DNA of 64,000 bases from Lama guanicoe. Lineage: Eukaryota. Where the stretch lies: the NCBI GenBank assembly GCA_013239625.1, contig MU053216.1, forward strand, positions 2,198,943 to 2,262,942. Reading direction: 5' to 3'. The translations under genes and the position numbers were made by a program. Positions within the stretch are counted from its first letter, which is position 1; every line of letters begins with the position of its first letter. Positions 1 to 12,095 of the stretch are shown here, in pieces. The notes under the pieces are model-generated. The model had not been told where the DNA came from. It did no database searches and was given only the letters and a program-made list of their open reading frames with translations.

Positions 1-185
1 AAACACCAAGGACCTGCTGTACAGCACAGGGAACTGTATTCAATATCTTATAATGAACCACAGTGGAAAAGAAACTGAAAACGTATATATGTGTACGCAT
101 GTGTGTGACTGAATCACTTTGCTGTACATCTGAAACTAACATTGTAAATCAGCTGCAGTTCGATAAAAAATAAGAATTAAAAAAT
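1..185 (+). mobile_element. L1 3' end (cetartiodactyl type), truncated by window edge
   Basis: acagcacagggaac...actgaatcactttgctgtacatctgaaactaac...A-rich tail; the same 3' UTR motif recurs at 5.8, 14.7 and 63.8 kb. Confidence 0.9.
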
Positions 186-638
186 TAGTTCCGTGTGTAC
201 AATATAGTGATTCGCAGGTTTTAAAGGTTAACTCCATGTATAGTTGCTATACAGTGTCAGCCCTCGTCCCTGTGTTGTTCGGTACATCCTTGTAGCTTAT
301 TTCATACGTAACAGTTTGTACCTCTTGCCGCCCTGCCCCTCTGCTGCCCCCCACCCCCCCGCTTCCTCCTCGCCACAGGTGGCCACTAGTTTATTCTCTG
401 TACCTGTGAGCCTGCTTCTCTGTTGTTACAGTCCCGCGTTTGTTGTAGCTTTTAGATTCCATACATGTGATACCGTGTGGTCCTGTCTTTCTCTGTCTGA
501 CTTCTTCCACTTAGCGCAGTGCCCTCCAGGTCCGTCCGTCCGGCTGCGAATGGCAGTATTTCGCTTTTCTCATGGCTGAGGACTATTCCATTGTGTATAC
601 ACATCACGTCTTCTCTATCCAGTCATCTGTCGATGGAC
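186..638 (-). mobile_element. L1 3' UTR/ORF2-end fragment, GC-shifted
   Basis: ttagattccata...gtctgactt...cacttagc...atggctgag...ttccattgtg...tatccagtcatctgtcgatggaca is colinear with antisense L1 copies at 46.2 and 62.9 kb. Confidence 0.85.
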
Positions 639-639
639 A

Positions 640-1120
640 ACACGCTGTGCGTTCTTGCTTCTGCTCATGTCCTCGAGGCGACTCTCGGGCTCTTCCGCCA
701 GCTCCTCGTCCCCCTGCCGCTCTGTGCTGGATGCTGCGGGGCTCAGCCTTCACCTTCCTCCTCACCCTGTCTGCGTGTTCTCTCCTGGCGACCTCATCTC
801 ACCAGATGCCAGCTTCAGCGTGCTCAGCTGCTCAAGCCCAGAGCCTCGCGGCTGGCCTTGACCCCGTCTCCCCTCACGGTGTGTGTCCACGCGTCAGGAA
901 GCCCTCTGCGTCCCCCTCAGGTGCGGCCCGCCCACTTCCCCCTGCTGCCGCCGCCGCCTCGGTTTGAGTCGCGCTCACCGCCACGGCTGAGGGGGCTTCT
1001 CGCTCTTTCTCGTCCAGGCTTCCCTTCTCTGCCTTGCCAGTGCAGCCTCCAGTAAGATGCCAGAGAACGTTTTTAATGGCTGTAAGTTACTGTGTCGCTC
1101 CTTTGCTCAAAGTGCTGCAA
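640..1120 (+). mobile_element. L2 fragment, GC-shifted
   Basis: cagctgctcaagcccagagcct...ccttgacccc...gccagagaacgtttttaa...tgtcgctcctttgctcaaa resembles the recalled L2 consensus. Confidence 0.65.
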
Positions 1121-1299
1121 AGAGGAGAACGAGGCATATGCAAGGAGAGGCTACTGGCCTATAATTCTTTCAATCTGAGGTCAGTCGGCGATGCTCCCAG
1201 GGCTCTGAGTTGATCGTGGTCCTAGTGGCCGGACCTGGCCTTGCTCCATGACCAAGACCCCTCTGCCTTCTGCCCTGGGTCAGGGACTGAGTTTGTTTC

Positions 1300-1465
1300 G
1301 TTGTTTTGTTTTTATTGTGGTAAGACCACGTAACACAAAATCTATCCTCTTGACAAATGTCCAGGCACATCACAGGTCCGAGGACGGCACGCACAAGGTT
1401 GTGCAGCAGGTCTGGGACGTGTTCATCGTGTACAGCTGAAGCTCCTTGGCCACTGAGCAGAAACG
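1300..1465 (-). mobile_element. Old L1 (L1MA/MB-like) 3' end
   Basis: T-rich tail, then tgtggtaaga...atctatcctcttgacaaat...ttgtgcagcaggtct...ttcatcgtgtacagctgaa. Confidence 0.6.
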
Positions 1466-4429
1466 TCAGGGTGAACTTGGTTGCCCCCCTCCTGGTTCCC
1501 CGCTGTAATGATCTGCCCAGGTCCCCAGGACGTCCTACACCCAGGCCCAGTTCTGTTCTTGCTGCCCCCCCGAGAGGCTGCCATGCGCCATTGAAAGCCT
1601 CGACTGACGTTCAGGGCCAGCCTCGTGTTTGTCTTCCTATCAGCACATTACCCAACATGCTTTGCTTTACTAACTCTTTGGAAGACTTGAATGTCCCCTT
1701 TCCAGTCTCCCCGGATGCTGACCAACCGCATCCTTGCCTGCCTGGATCACCCCCAGTTTCCTGGTCCTGGACGCCATCTCCCCACAGTCCTGGCAGCTGG
1801 ATTTCCTCTGCTGTTTGCTTCCGAACACACCCAGGCTCCTGCCCATTCAGTGGGCACGTCCAGCCCGTAGCCCTGGCCCCGCTCATTCCAACCCTTCCTG
1901 CTGCTCACCCAGCATGACAACAGCGTGTGTTTGAAACTTGATTCTAGGAAGAACGTCCAATACCAGCCCACAGGAGAACTCAGATTGAGGGGGGACTGAG
2001 AGATACTGTCATCCAGAGGGGATTAAAAACACAATCTAACAAAATGCTCAGGTTTGGCCATGGAGCCAAGAAGTCTCCAAACACTCTCTCTCCTTATACT
2101 GTTATCGCCATTTTTATTGTCATTTCCCAGTTACCACTCCGTTAGATCTTAGCACATTTTTTCTTTCCTTTAGCTAGAACAGGAATGCACTTGGGTAAAG
2201 ATTTAAAAGGCAGATTCATAAACTGCAATCTTCTTTTTCTTTCTGTATTTTGAAATACAGTTGTTTATTTTTACTTACCAAGTTTATTCTTTCAGTGCCT
2301 CAAGTCACAGCTGGCTTAAGCCGTCTAGGAGTTTCACTGTAATGAAAAAAATTTAGATTATTTTTATGAAAAAGGTTTTATGTGCTTAACACTGAGCTGG
2401 AATTCAAAGTTCAAGATCACGCTTCTATTCTGCTTTTTATTAATGCTGCGCTTTACAATGTATTTTTACCTTATTTTTATATAGAAAAGTGGAAAAAAAT
2501 ATCAACTAACCAGGACACTACAAGGATAATTTAGTGAGGTCTCGGAAACACAGTTTGCTACATACAATTAACGTTGAAAGCGTTTTTAAATTAAAAAATG
2601 GGCATTTTTTCTAACAAATCTGTTTTTCACTTGGTCTGTCAAAAATTGTCACGTCATACCCACAAATAACCTCGTTTAAACAATCACCGTGGAGCGTCTG
2701 CGAGTCACTGAGGAGCAGTGAGTGACAGAACCGAGTAGAAAGCATGAACGTGTTTTCAATTTGAGATTGGCCTGGAAAACGACATCAGTGACACTTCCAG
2801 TGGCCTGAGGTACTTCGTCAACTTCAGGTAGAGCTAAATTTCGCAAAGTCTTCAGATTCTGCCAAGAAATACAAGGGAAGAGCAATTAATAGAATTGCAA
2901 ATCCAACATAACTTGCTAATTTTAGTGTCTAAGTAAATTTCTCAGTTTCTTAATGTGAAAAGCTATTTTAAAGGAGCTGTAATAAGCTCACCTGGGGATT
3001 ATACATTGTGTGGAAAAGTAGTTTATGGGACAGTGGTTGTCTGAGAAGCTCCCTGCTTTGGAGCATGACTGTGGGGTCTGGTTAATGCGAAGCTCGTTGC
3101 ACAGTGGACATCACAGGGAGGTTGTGGTGTCTCAGCACCGTCCTAACCCAGCTCTCAGTGAGGGTGGCCATGCTTCACCCTTCTGTGGACGTTTTCTGTG
3201 TCTTTCATAAATACGTGCCTGGGGTTAGGGAGCTCTGTGAGGTTAGGGAGCGCGAAGGGGTGGTTTCAGGGTAGACGTCGTAGGTCTGTTGTGACGTTTT
3301 GCAGTGTGATGGAGAAGTCGCCATCCAGGGAGAAACATCTCTGGAACTATGTGGTTCACTCATCTAGAGAGCACCAGTCTTTGAGGGACTGACCCATGCT
3401 GTACCAGGAGAGAAAAGATGGCTAGAAAGGCTGCCATACTAACGTCCTCTCTGTTTCCCTGACGTGGAATCATGTCGTAATTTGGAAACTGATGTAAGGG
3501 GAAACTTCCTCGGCAGCGAGAGTTGCTAAGTGTTGGAAGGCGCCGTCTGGGTGTCCTTCCTGACGTCCTTGCACCGTAGGCGCAAGACTGATCACCCAGG
3601 GTGATTGTGGACAAGCCGCTGCCAGCGGGAGGAGGAATCGTCACGGCTCCGTGGGGAGTTTCATGATTGGCATCTGCCAGTAATTGTCACTGTTTCCGCT
3701 CTTGCTCCTTCAGTCATCGCTCTGCAGACCTTCATGTAGTTTTTTTCTTGCCCTGAGATAGAGCAGAAATTCATCCGAGTGAAGATTGAAAAGGAAAATC
3801 TATAACATAAAACCCGATTTTTCTATATTCATTTTTAAGTACTTTTTACGTAGTTACTGATTTTTACCTAGCAAGTTTGCTCTTTCAGCGGCCCAAGCTG
3901 TAGCCCTATACGAGGAAGGACTCTTGTAGATTTTGTGAATCCGTGAAAGTTCAGTATTGTGTTTATTTAGTTCTCTCACCACAAATCAGCACTGAGTCCC
4001 CCACTGTCAATACATTTTGATTAAATTAAAATAAATTAATAATTTGCTCTGTTGAGCACGTCACGGTAAAATAAAAAGGAGTTTCAGCGGCTTTCATACA
4101 AGTTTTTTTTTGTAGAAATATGAAATTCACAATCCCCATTAATTGAATTTGTTATCCTTTCAAGAGCCATATGACTGTCTTGGCATTTTTATCCTCTGCT
4201 CTGTGAATCCTCTTTTATCTATGACTTGATTTATAATGAGATTACAGACTCTCCAGATGCCTTTATAAATATCTGTTCTTCCAAGACAAGTTCGAGTTTT
4301 TAGTTTAGCTGTTGGGAGATCTAATTTATTTTGTGTGCATTTTAAAGGCAGCATGAGTCAAGTAAGTTTTGCCTGGAATGGTAAATACGATGCTTATTAA
4401 CGAGAATATCATAGGTTTTTTTTTTTTAA

Positions 4430-4685
4430 AATACACATCTTATTTTTTAAATAATTTCAGGTTTACAAAAAAAGTTTCAGAGGAAGTGTAGAGAGTTCCC
4501 AGACAACCTTCACCCGGCGTTCCTTGTTACTATCTCATAATACCCTCCTCGCACACTTGGAAAAATCAAGAACATTTGTACATTACCGTTAACTGACTTC
4601 CAGAGTCTTCAGATTTTTCCATTTTTCCCACTAATATCCTTTTTCCGTGCGTGATTTGGTCTAGGAAACCACATTGCGTTTAGAC
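4430..4685 (-). mobile_element. Old L1 (L1MC/MD-like) 3' end
   Basis: aataatttcaggtttaca...agagagttccc...cttcaccc...tttttcccactaatatccttttt...ccacattgcgtttag. Confidence 0.65.
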
Positions 4686-5704
4686 AAAGTTTCCATTAAA
4701 AGAAAATGTTAGAATTAGGAACAAATGCCCGCCTGCCTTGAGGAGCCCCTCGCGGGTACGTGACCCCAGATGCCAGGCAGAGTGCGGGGAGGACGCTGGC
4801 CCCGTGAGGGCGGCCGTGGAGGAAAGCGCGGTCTGCGAGGTCGCGTCAGGCCCTCCGCTAACCGTCCTCATTCCGTTTTTGGCGAGAGAGCAGAGCGGAC
4901 TGCACGCACGAGCGACTCTCTGAAGCCCTGAACTCTGTCCCGCGTCACCTCTGACAACCCGGTAAGCCTCCTAACGTTTTAAATTCCTTTTTCAATCACC
5001 TGTCCTCTGCAATCTGTAGTCTTCAAGAAGGTTCTTGCGGGAACATCAGCAGATTGCTCTAAATGGGCATTAAACCAGCTCCCCACGGAGCACAGCGCGA
5101 GGTACGCCTGTCAGCCCTTCCTGTGCCGGAATACTTTTATTGGGGAATGCAGTTTGGTAACTGCTTCTGGAAACTTCTTAAAAAAAAATTCTGACTTTTT
5201 CTTCTTCATCATTCAGAGGTTTTTGATAAACAACTTCATTAGAAAACCTTTTTTTGGAACCTGTAATTCTGTAAAACATTGAAAAGTCGACTTTAACAAA
5301 GACAGGCCCTGTGTGTTTCCTAATGGCATGTACACCTTACAGCTAAAAACCTCGTTCTATATAAAGCCAGAAATAACTCCAGGAGGTGATTCAGTGTGTT
5401 TGCACAGTGCTAGAAGCTTTCTGTTGTGTATTTCTCTCTCTTTAAACAATCCGGTTATTACAACAGAGCAGCCCCAGAGCCTTGCCTGTTGTGGGGGGGG
5501 TGGTGAGGAGAAGTGGGGTTTCTGGGGGTTAGTGCCGAATGTCGAGACGTGGAGAGGTGCATTATGGGAAAGTCAGCTAGGGAAGTCGGTCTACATCCAG
5601 AGGAGCTGAACTGGAACAGTTCTTCCAAACCCTCCCCAGGGGCCCTAGATTGTCACGGTGAATCCTTCCCTCGTCCAGTCAGGAAGTCACAGCCAATTCA
5701 GACT

Positions 5705-5990
5705 CACAACCAGAAACAGATTCACAGGCATAGAAAAAAACTCAGTTACCAAAGAGGAAAGGGGGGATAAATTAGGATTTGGGGATTGACATATACACAC
5801 TGCTATATATAAAATGAGTAAGCCATGGGGACCTACAGTACAGCACGGAGAACTATATTCAGTATCTTGTAATAGCCTAAAATGGAAAAGAATCTGTACG
5901 TATACACATGTGTAACTGAATCACTTTGCTGTGCACTTGAAACTAACATGACATGGTAAATCGATACGTCAATAAAATTTTTTTTTTAAT
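5705..5990 (+). mobile_element. 5'-truncated L1 3' end
   Basis: agaaacagattcacaggcatagaaaa...gggataaattagga...acagcacggagaactatattcag...tcaataaaa. Confidence 0.9.
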
Positions 5991-7174
5991 TCTGAAAAAT
6001 TTCCAAATGACTTTTTTTTTTCATTGTTACCACATTGTACACTGAGATAGAGATTATTTTCTTCCCCCAAAATATCTTCTGGAAAGGCTAACCCGGCATT
6101 CTGGAGAGGTGTCAAGGCTGTCTGATGGTGTGTGAGAAACTTCCTGGTGCTCGGCTTTGGAGAGAGAACTGATCTATCAGCCAAGTTTTAAACTGACCTG
6201 ACAGTGGAAAAAGACAACGTTGCAAAAAAAAAAGGTTACTTTGCAAGCTATTAGAGAACAGCCTCCCAGGCTGTCTTTTTCACTTTGGGCGTGATTTTCT
6301 GATAAGTAAATCCGTAGATTTAAATCAAAAAATTTAAAGGCATTTTTTTAAATGTATAAAAATAAAGACAGAATTAGAAAGCTTAAGTTAATATTATTGA
6401 GTAAGCAGTTTTATCATATAAGCATTACAATTGTATGCTCCAAGACCATAGCAGGAAGGCTCTGTCATGTATAAACCACTTCTGAACGACGTAACCACGC
6501 CCCTCTGCAGCTCCTAAGTATAAATGTTTCGGGACAGCAGCATTATTTTAACGTATCAGAATACGCAGCGAAATAAAACCGGGAGATTTTATGAGGCTGA
6601 CTCTGCGTATGTTGTGTTTCTATGAGTGCTTCCCTCTCACACATTTTTGATGGAGACTTGAGGACGTGGTCTGCTCTTACTGAATTCACGTGGAGCTGTG
6701 TGTAAGCGCTCTCACAGCCGGTTTGTTCTTGGTCTCTTTGGTGTCCACACTAGCAACTTACTTTGACTTGCTGCCAGCTTGGATTTTGTGTTGGCCAGTT
6801 TTCTGAAACCAGCCCCAGTCCTTGGCTCCCAGTTTACAGACCACCCTCAGCTCAGAGCCACGGGCACTGATTCCAGGTCCGACTCCCTGGTCCCTGAGCC
6901 TTCACTGTCCAGCTTTCTGCCGAGCTCTCTGACATTCTGCTGGTGAGGCACGTTGCCTGAGTAGCTGCTCCTCTTGCTTAAAACCTACCGTCAACCGTTG
7001 TGAGATTCTGACCTGGGAGACCAGCCTACCCTTGGTCCCTACACAGAGCTGCTCCCTCTGCCTGCCCGAACCTCAGGTCCTCCTCTGTCCTGGGCGCTGG
7101 AATCTCTGCGTTAATACACCTGGAAAACACTAACCGGGCCCCCGATCCTGCCTCTCAGCTTTCTGCATCCACCG

Positions 7175-7530
7175 TGCTCAACTGCTGAACCCCTCCTGTG
7201 AGCCAGGGATTGGGCAGGTACCACAGGGATAAGGAAGAAGACTTGGTTCCTGCAGCCTTGTGGCTCTGCAGGTGGGGATAAAAGACCTCAGAGAGTGAAC
7301 AGGTTATTTTTTGGATGTGTAGTGAGGGCTCGGAGTTCCCCTGGACTCGAGTTGAGTCTTGAAGGATGACTAAAAGTTGACCGGTACTTGGGACCTGGCA
7401 GGGTGCCGTGAACCAGTAGGGAGTGCAGGAGAACGAAAAGCGCTGTTACTGGAGTGCGTGTAAAAGCTTTGCTTGCTTCCTCCCATGCCACGGTGTGACG
7501 TGGCTGCTGCAGAGAAATCAATATGGCAGG
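7175..7530 (-). mobile_element. L2 3' fragment
   Basis: gacttggttcctgc...gagttgagtcttgaaggatga pattern typical of antisense L2. Confidence 0.5.
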
Positions 7531-8807
7531 ACCCCAGGGAGGTTAATTCAATATTAGATCAAGGGGTTTAGCAAATGGAATGCACCGAACTCTGTCTTGA
7601 GTCATAGACTAATTAGTTTGCTGTGTTCCTGGTGAGAACTGTGGTGGCACAAAAATCAGCTTAGAGAGACAACTTTGTTCCTCATCATGATAGCAACTCA
7701 CTGATTCAATCAAGATTCAACTGCTGCTCATAAGGGTCTGCCGTGGCCCCAGCTCTCATCATGACCAGGAGGCCACACGTGCGGAATGGAAGTGGGGGGT
7801 CCTTACAGTTACGGCACCTGTCAGCTTGCCAGGAGCAGGGCAGGCGGGTCAGTGTTTTGGAGTGAACTTCTGTTCACTGATGTAAATTCTTCCTGAGTTA
7901 GATCCAATGAGGCCGGCAAATGAGACCCTGCCACTGCCCTCAGAAATGATACAAGGTCTTGTCGCTTCGTGCTACATTGTGTAGTTGAAGTGTGCAGTGG
8001 GAAATCTCCTGGCTGGAGTTAAGGGCTGTGCGTTCTCTTTCTGGGTCGCTTGTCATCTTGATGGGTTCCAGCTCCCTCATCTGTAGAATGTGAAGTTTGA
8101 CTGACATTTCAGTTCTTTTCCAGCTTTGAAGTGCAGTGATTTCTAGGAACTCGACACAAGGGTTCTGGGTGTGGACCTGGACAGCTCGGCGTGTGGAGGG
8201 ACCCCCGTGGGTCTGCAGAGGATCCACCTGGTCTGCCCCTCTCCTGCCTAATGTCTGTTGTGAGCGTGTGACTTTGCATCACATAAGACTTGACACAGAG
8301 GAGGAGGTAACAAAGGAGAAACACTGTCTGTGCCAGACTGTGCAGACGGGATGTTGTTTGGGCTCAGATACGGATGATTGCGTTAAAGGTATTTCCCAGT
8401 TCTGGTGAATCATCATAATTCCATGGAAGGCTCCTCCCTTTGTTTCCTCCCTCCTCCTCCTATACCCACTTCCTGCTTTTATCCTCCTCCCCTCCCCGAC
8501 AGGCAACTTTCTGTCATGTTCAATGTGGATGTTTTTGTTTGCAATCATTGTTCCCAAATGGATACTATGGTTGTGGGTGCCTGGTTTCTAAGTTATGCAG
8601 ATGGAGTTGCATTATTTGTTTCATTCTGTTTATTCCCCCCATGTATGTGTATAAGATCCTTTTCTATTAATTCATGTACTTCTAATTTATTGATTAAATC
8701 AGTGAGTGCACCCACCATGTTGTTCCTGTGCACGCTCCCAGTAACAGGTACTCAAATTGCCGTCAATTTCCTGACTCCCAGTTTGGAGACAATGATCACT
8801 GAAAGAT

Positions 8808-9022
8808 GTGTATGGGATATATATGTATTTGTATGTGTGTGTATGTATGTGTGCGTGTCTGTGTCTGTGTCTTTGTGTGTGTATGTATGTGTCTGTGTCT
8901 GTATCTGTGTGTGTCTGTCAGTGTATCTGTGTGTGCATATGTGTGTCTTGTCTGTGTGCATGTGTGTGTGTGTGTGTGTGCATGTGTCTGTGTCTGTGTG
9001 TCTGTGTGTGTGTGTGTGTGTG
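8808..9022. repeat. Imperfect (TG)n / TGTC-TGTA compound microsatellite, about 215 bp
   Basis: Directly visible; explains the Cys-Val and His-Thr ORFs in this interval. Confidence 0.95.
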
Positions 9023-11439
9023 GCATGTTTATATAATGGAAACCGATGAGGAATGTGTGTAATCTGATTAAGTGCTCCCAGACTGTTCTCTAGGAGAGTC
9101 CTACCTTTCTGCGCTCTCCCCTGGCCTCCAAGTCCCTGTCTTCACCTCGCGTCATCAGCTCCCCATTTCTGCTAGTCTAACAGGTGTAAAGTGTTCTCTC
9201 CTTGATTTCACTGACCTGGCCCGCAAGGGTGCTGGCAGAGGAGTGACAGTGTCCGACCTCTCTGCCCCTGGTTCTAACTCCTGCGAGGACGTCTGTCTTC
9301 TGATTCTCTGTGGCCTTTAGGGAGGGGTGTGGCGGGGGAGGACTCTCCTCTGGCCCCTGTCCCTTCAAGACTTCTCTCCGGGGTGGCGGGTTGCAGGGCA
9401 TGGCTAGAGACTCCACAGCTGGGCCGCCACAGGCCACTCTGCCAGGCTGGTGATGCTCTGGTGACACCTCCATAAAACCTCCGTGGCTGGTGAACTCTCT
9501 TCTGGGGACTTACTAATCAGAGCGAGAAATTTCGAGGAGTCCTGGTGCTTGAGTTGAGACCGGTTTGCAGCAGACCTCGGTGTTCTGTTTCTCTGGCCTC
9601 CGCTTAATTGCTGTCAGCAATGCCTCTGCCTCCAGGCTATTTTCTGTGCTCAAAGCATCCTCAGGTGACGAATGTTGACTGTTCGGGGATTCAGAGTGGA
9701 AACTTCTGGGTATTTTTCTCTCTGAAATCAGGGCTAACACCCGGTTTCCTTCTAGCTCATCGTGGAAAAAATAAAAAAGAAGGAGCCAACAGAAGCGAGG
9801 ATGGAGCAGTGGTCTGGGAAACGGTGACCAAATCTGGAGTAATAGGATTCGGTGCTTGGAGCTGTGTCAAGGGGTCAAGCTTTATGTGTGTAAGTTTGAA
9901 CCATCATAAAATGACGGCAGAAAATGACTTCAGATTTCCATGGAGGAAGTAGCGTTTGTCTCTTCTCCGTCTGAAGGTTGGATCTTCTTCCTGTTGAGCC
10001 AGAGGTTTTAAAAGAGTTTCTGTGACCATTGCAGACACTTGAGAGTGGAGAACTGGTCCTTAACTACCACTGTGGTCAACTTTCAGAAGTGGAGATGCTT
10101 TGTAATCGCTCCCTGACGACTGCAGACACTGTGGCTGGATACAGCTCACCATCCACCAGCTGGAGCTGCAGGGTCCGCCCCCATCAGCGTCCTCCACGCA
10201 TCGCTGCGTAAATGGACTCTGAATCATTCAGTTCATTCTTCTGATATTTGGAACTTACTCTGGGTCATTCTGTCCCCCCAGTATAGAACAGGGCTTCTCC
10301 CGGGGGAAACGCTGATGTCCCCAGGCACGCTGGGGGGTGACCTGCTCCCCCAGCCTCCTCCTTTCCTGACAAGAGCCCATCCCGCTCAGCTCCTGCCCTG
10401 CTGTGCTCAGGTGGCAAAAGCTTTTCTCCCAAAGACCCACCTGCGCGTCAGTTCAGAAGTGAGGGATGGATGTTATGGTTATGAGGGGGCAGGATGCTTT
10501 GGGGGCAAAATTTGCTTGTGCTGCCAGATACAGTTAAACCTGTTTATATAGCTACTTCCCTTTCTCTTTATCCTCTAAAGCCCATCGCCCTTGTTTTCTC
10601 TATAAAATAAAACCGAGAACATCTGTTTCCGACTTGAGCTGATATGAACCATTTCACATGCAATATCTCATCTAATTTCGACCATTCCTGACAAGTCCAC
10701 GCACATATCTAAACAATGAAAATGCTTCGGCCTTAAGGATGAAGAGTTCCGTCCCCCCGCCTTTCGCCAGATGACGCACACCTGGCACTAGGACTAAGCC
10801 TTGGAAAAACTACAAGTGAGCCAGGCTTGTATTCTGCACGCTCCCACCTCGTCCAGCGTTGCTTTTCCTGATGCAGCCAGATCTCCCCTCTGGTCTGTGA
10901 AGGGCTTTCATTCGGCCTCTGATCACCTGGGGTTGTCTCTCTGGAGGGACAGCCTCCCTAAGGCAAACCATTTCTCCTGGACTTTCTTTGTCTCTTATTC
11001 ATCAGAATGTACGTGCCTAACATTTTCTCCCCTCAGTCTCCTCTTGGCTTGTGGTTTATTGCAGTAAACTCTCTAAGGATTTGCATCTTGGATGAGAAAT
11101 CCCAGAGATAATGTCTTAACATGAAGACATAAACCAGTGAAGGTAGAATTGCAGATATAGTGACAGATAGAACTTATCAACAAAGAGAGTCCTCAAACCA
11201 CAGCAGGTCAGTGACTCTCAGCGCGCCCAACGGGAGGAGGCCCCTCCTGGAAGGTGCGGTGCTGAGAAGGTACCCCGTTGTCAATCTTATCTTTTACTTT
11301 TCAAATATATGTTTCAGTATAATGTAGACAGATATTATACAGTTATTTATCATTTTTGCCTGAATAATAAGCTCCCGAGATTCACTGTCCACCACACAGC
11401 TCACTGCCACTGGCCAAGAAGTGTTCAAAATGTGCTTTG

Positions 11440-12095
11440 ACTAAAAATAGACTTACCATATGATCCAGCAATCCCACTCCTGGGCATCTACAGAGTGAAC
11501 CTTAATTCAGAAAGATACATGCACCCCTGTGTTCACAGCAGCACTACTTACAACAGCCAAGACATGGAAACAACCTAAATGTCCATCAACAGATGGCTGG
11601 ATAAAGAAGCTGTGGTATATTTATACAATGGAATACTACTCAGCCATAAAAGAGAATGAAATAATGCCATTTGCAGCAACATGGATGGTCCTGGAGAATG
11701 TCATTCTAAGTGAAGTAAGCCAGAAAGAGAAAGAAAAATACCATATGAGAGCACTCATATGTGGAATCTAAAAATAAAGATAAATAAACTTATTCACAAA
11801 ACCGAAACAGACTCACAGACATAGAAAAAAATCTTATGGTTACCAGTGGGGAAGGGGGTGGGAAGGAATAAACTGGGAGTTTGAGATTTGCAGGTACTAC
11901 TACATGTAAAATAGATAAAACAAGTTCCTACTGTAGAGCACAGGGAACTGCATTCAGTATCCTGTAGTAACTGACAGTGAAAAAGAACATGAAAATGAAT
12001 ACGTGTGTTCCTCCTACAGCACTGTGCTGTGCACCAGGAATTGACACAACATTGTGAACTGACTAGACTTCAGTGAAAATATATTTTTAAAAAAA
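11440..12095 (+). mobile_element. 5'-truncated L1 (ORF2 C-terminus plus 3' UTR) with target-site duplication
   Basis: ORF 11529-11771 ([30 protein letters not shown]) is the L1 ORF2p C-terminus; TSD aaaatgtgctttg 11427-11439 vs aagaggtgctttg 12094-12106 (11/13). Confidence 0.95.

Noticed and set aside
6561..6610. Inverted repeat atacgcag...ctgcgtat as a possible pre-miRNA
   Set aside because: Only an 8-bp stem plus a 6-bp AT stem with large asymmetric bulges
8405..9062. 214-aa Cys/Val-rich ORF and overlapping His/Thr ORFs
   Set aside because: Translation of a (TG)n microsatellite
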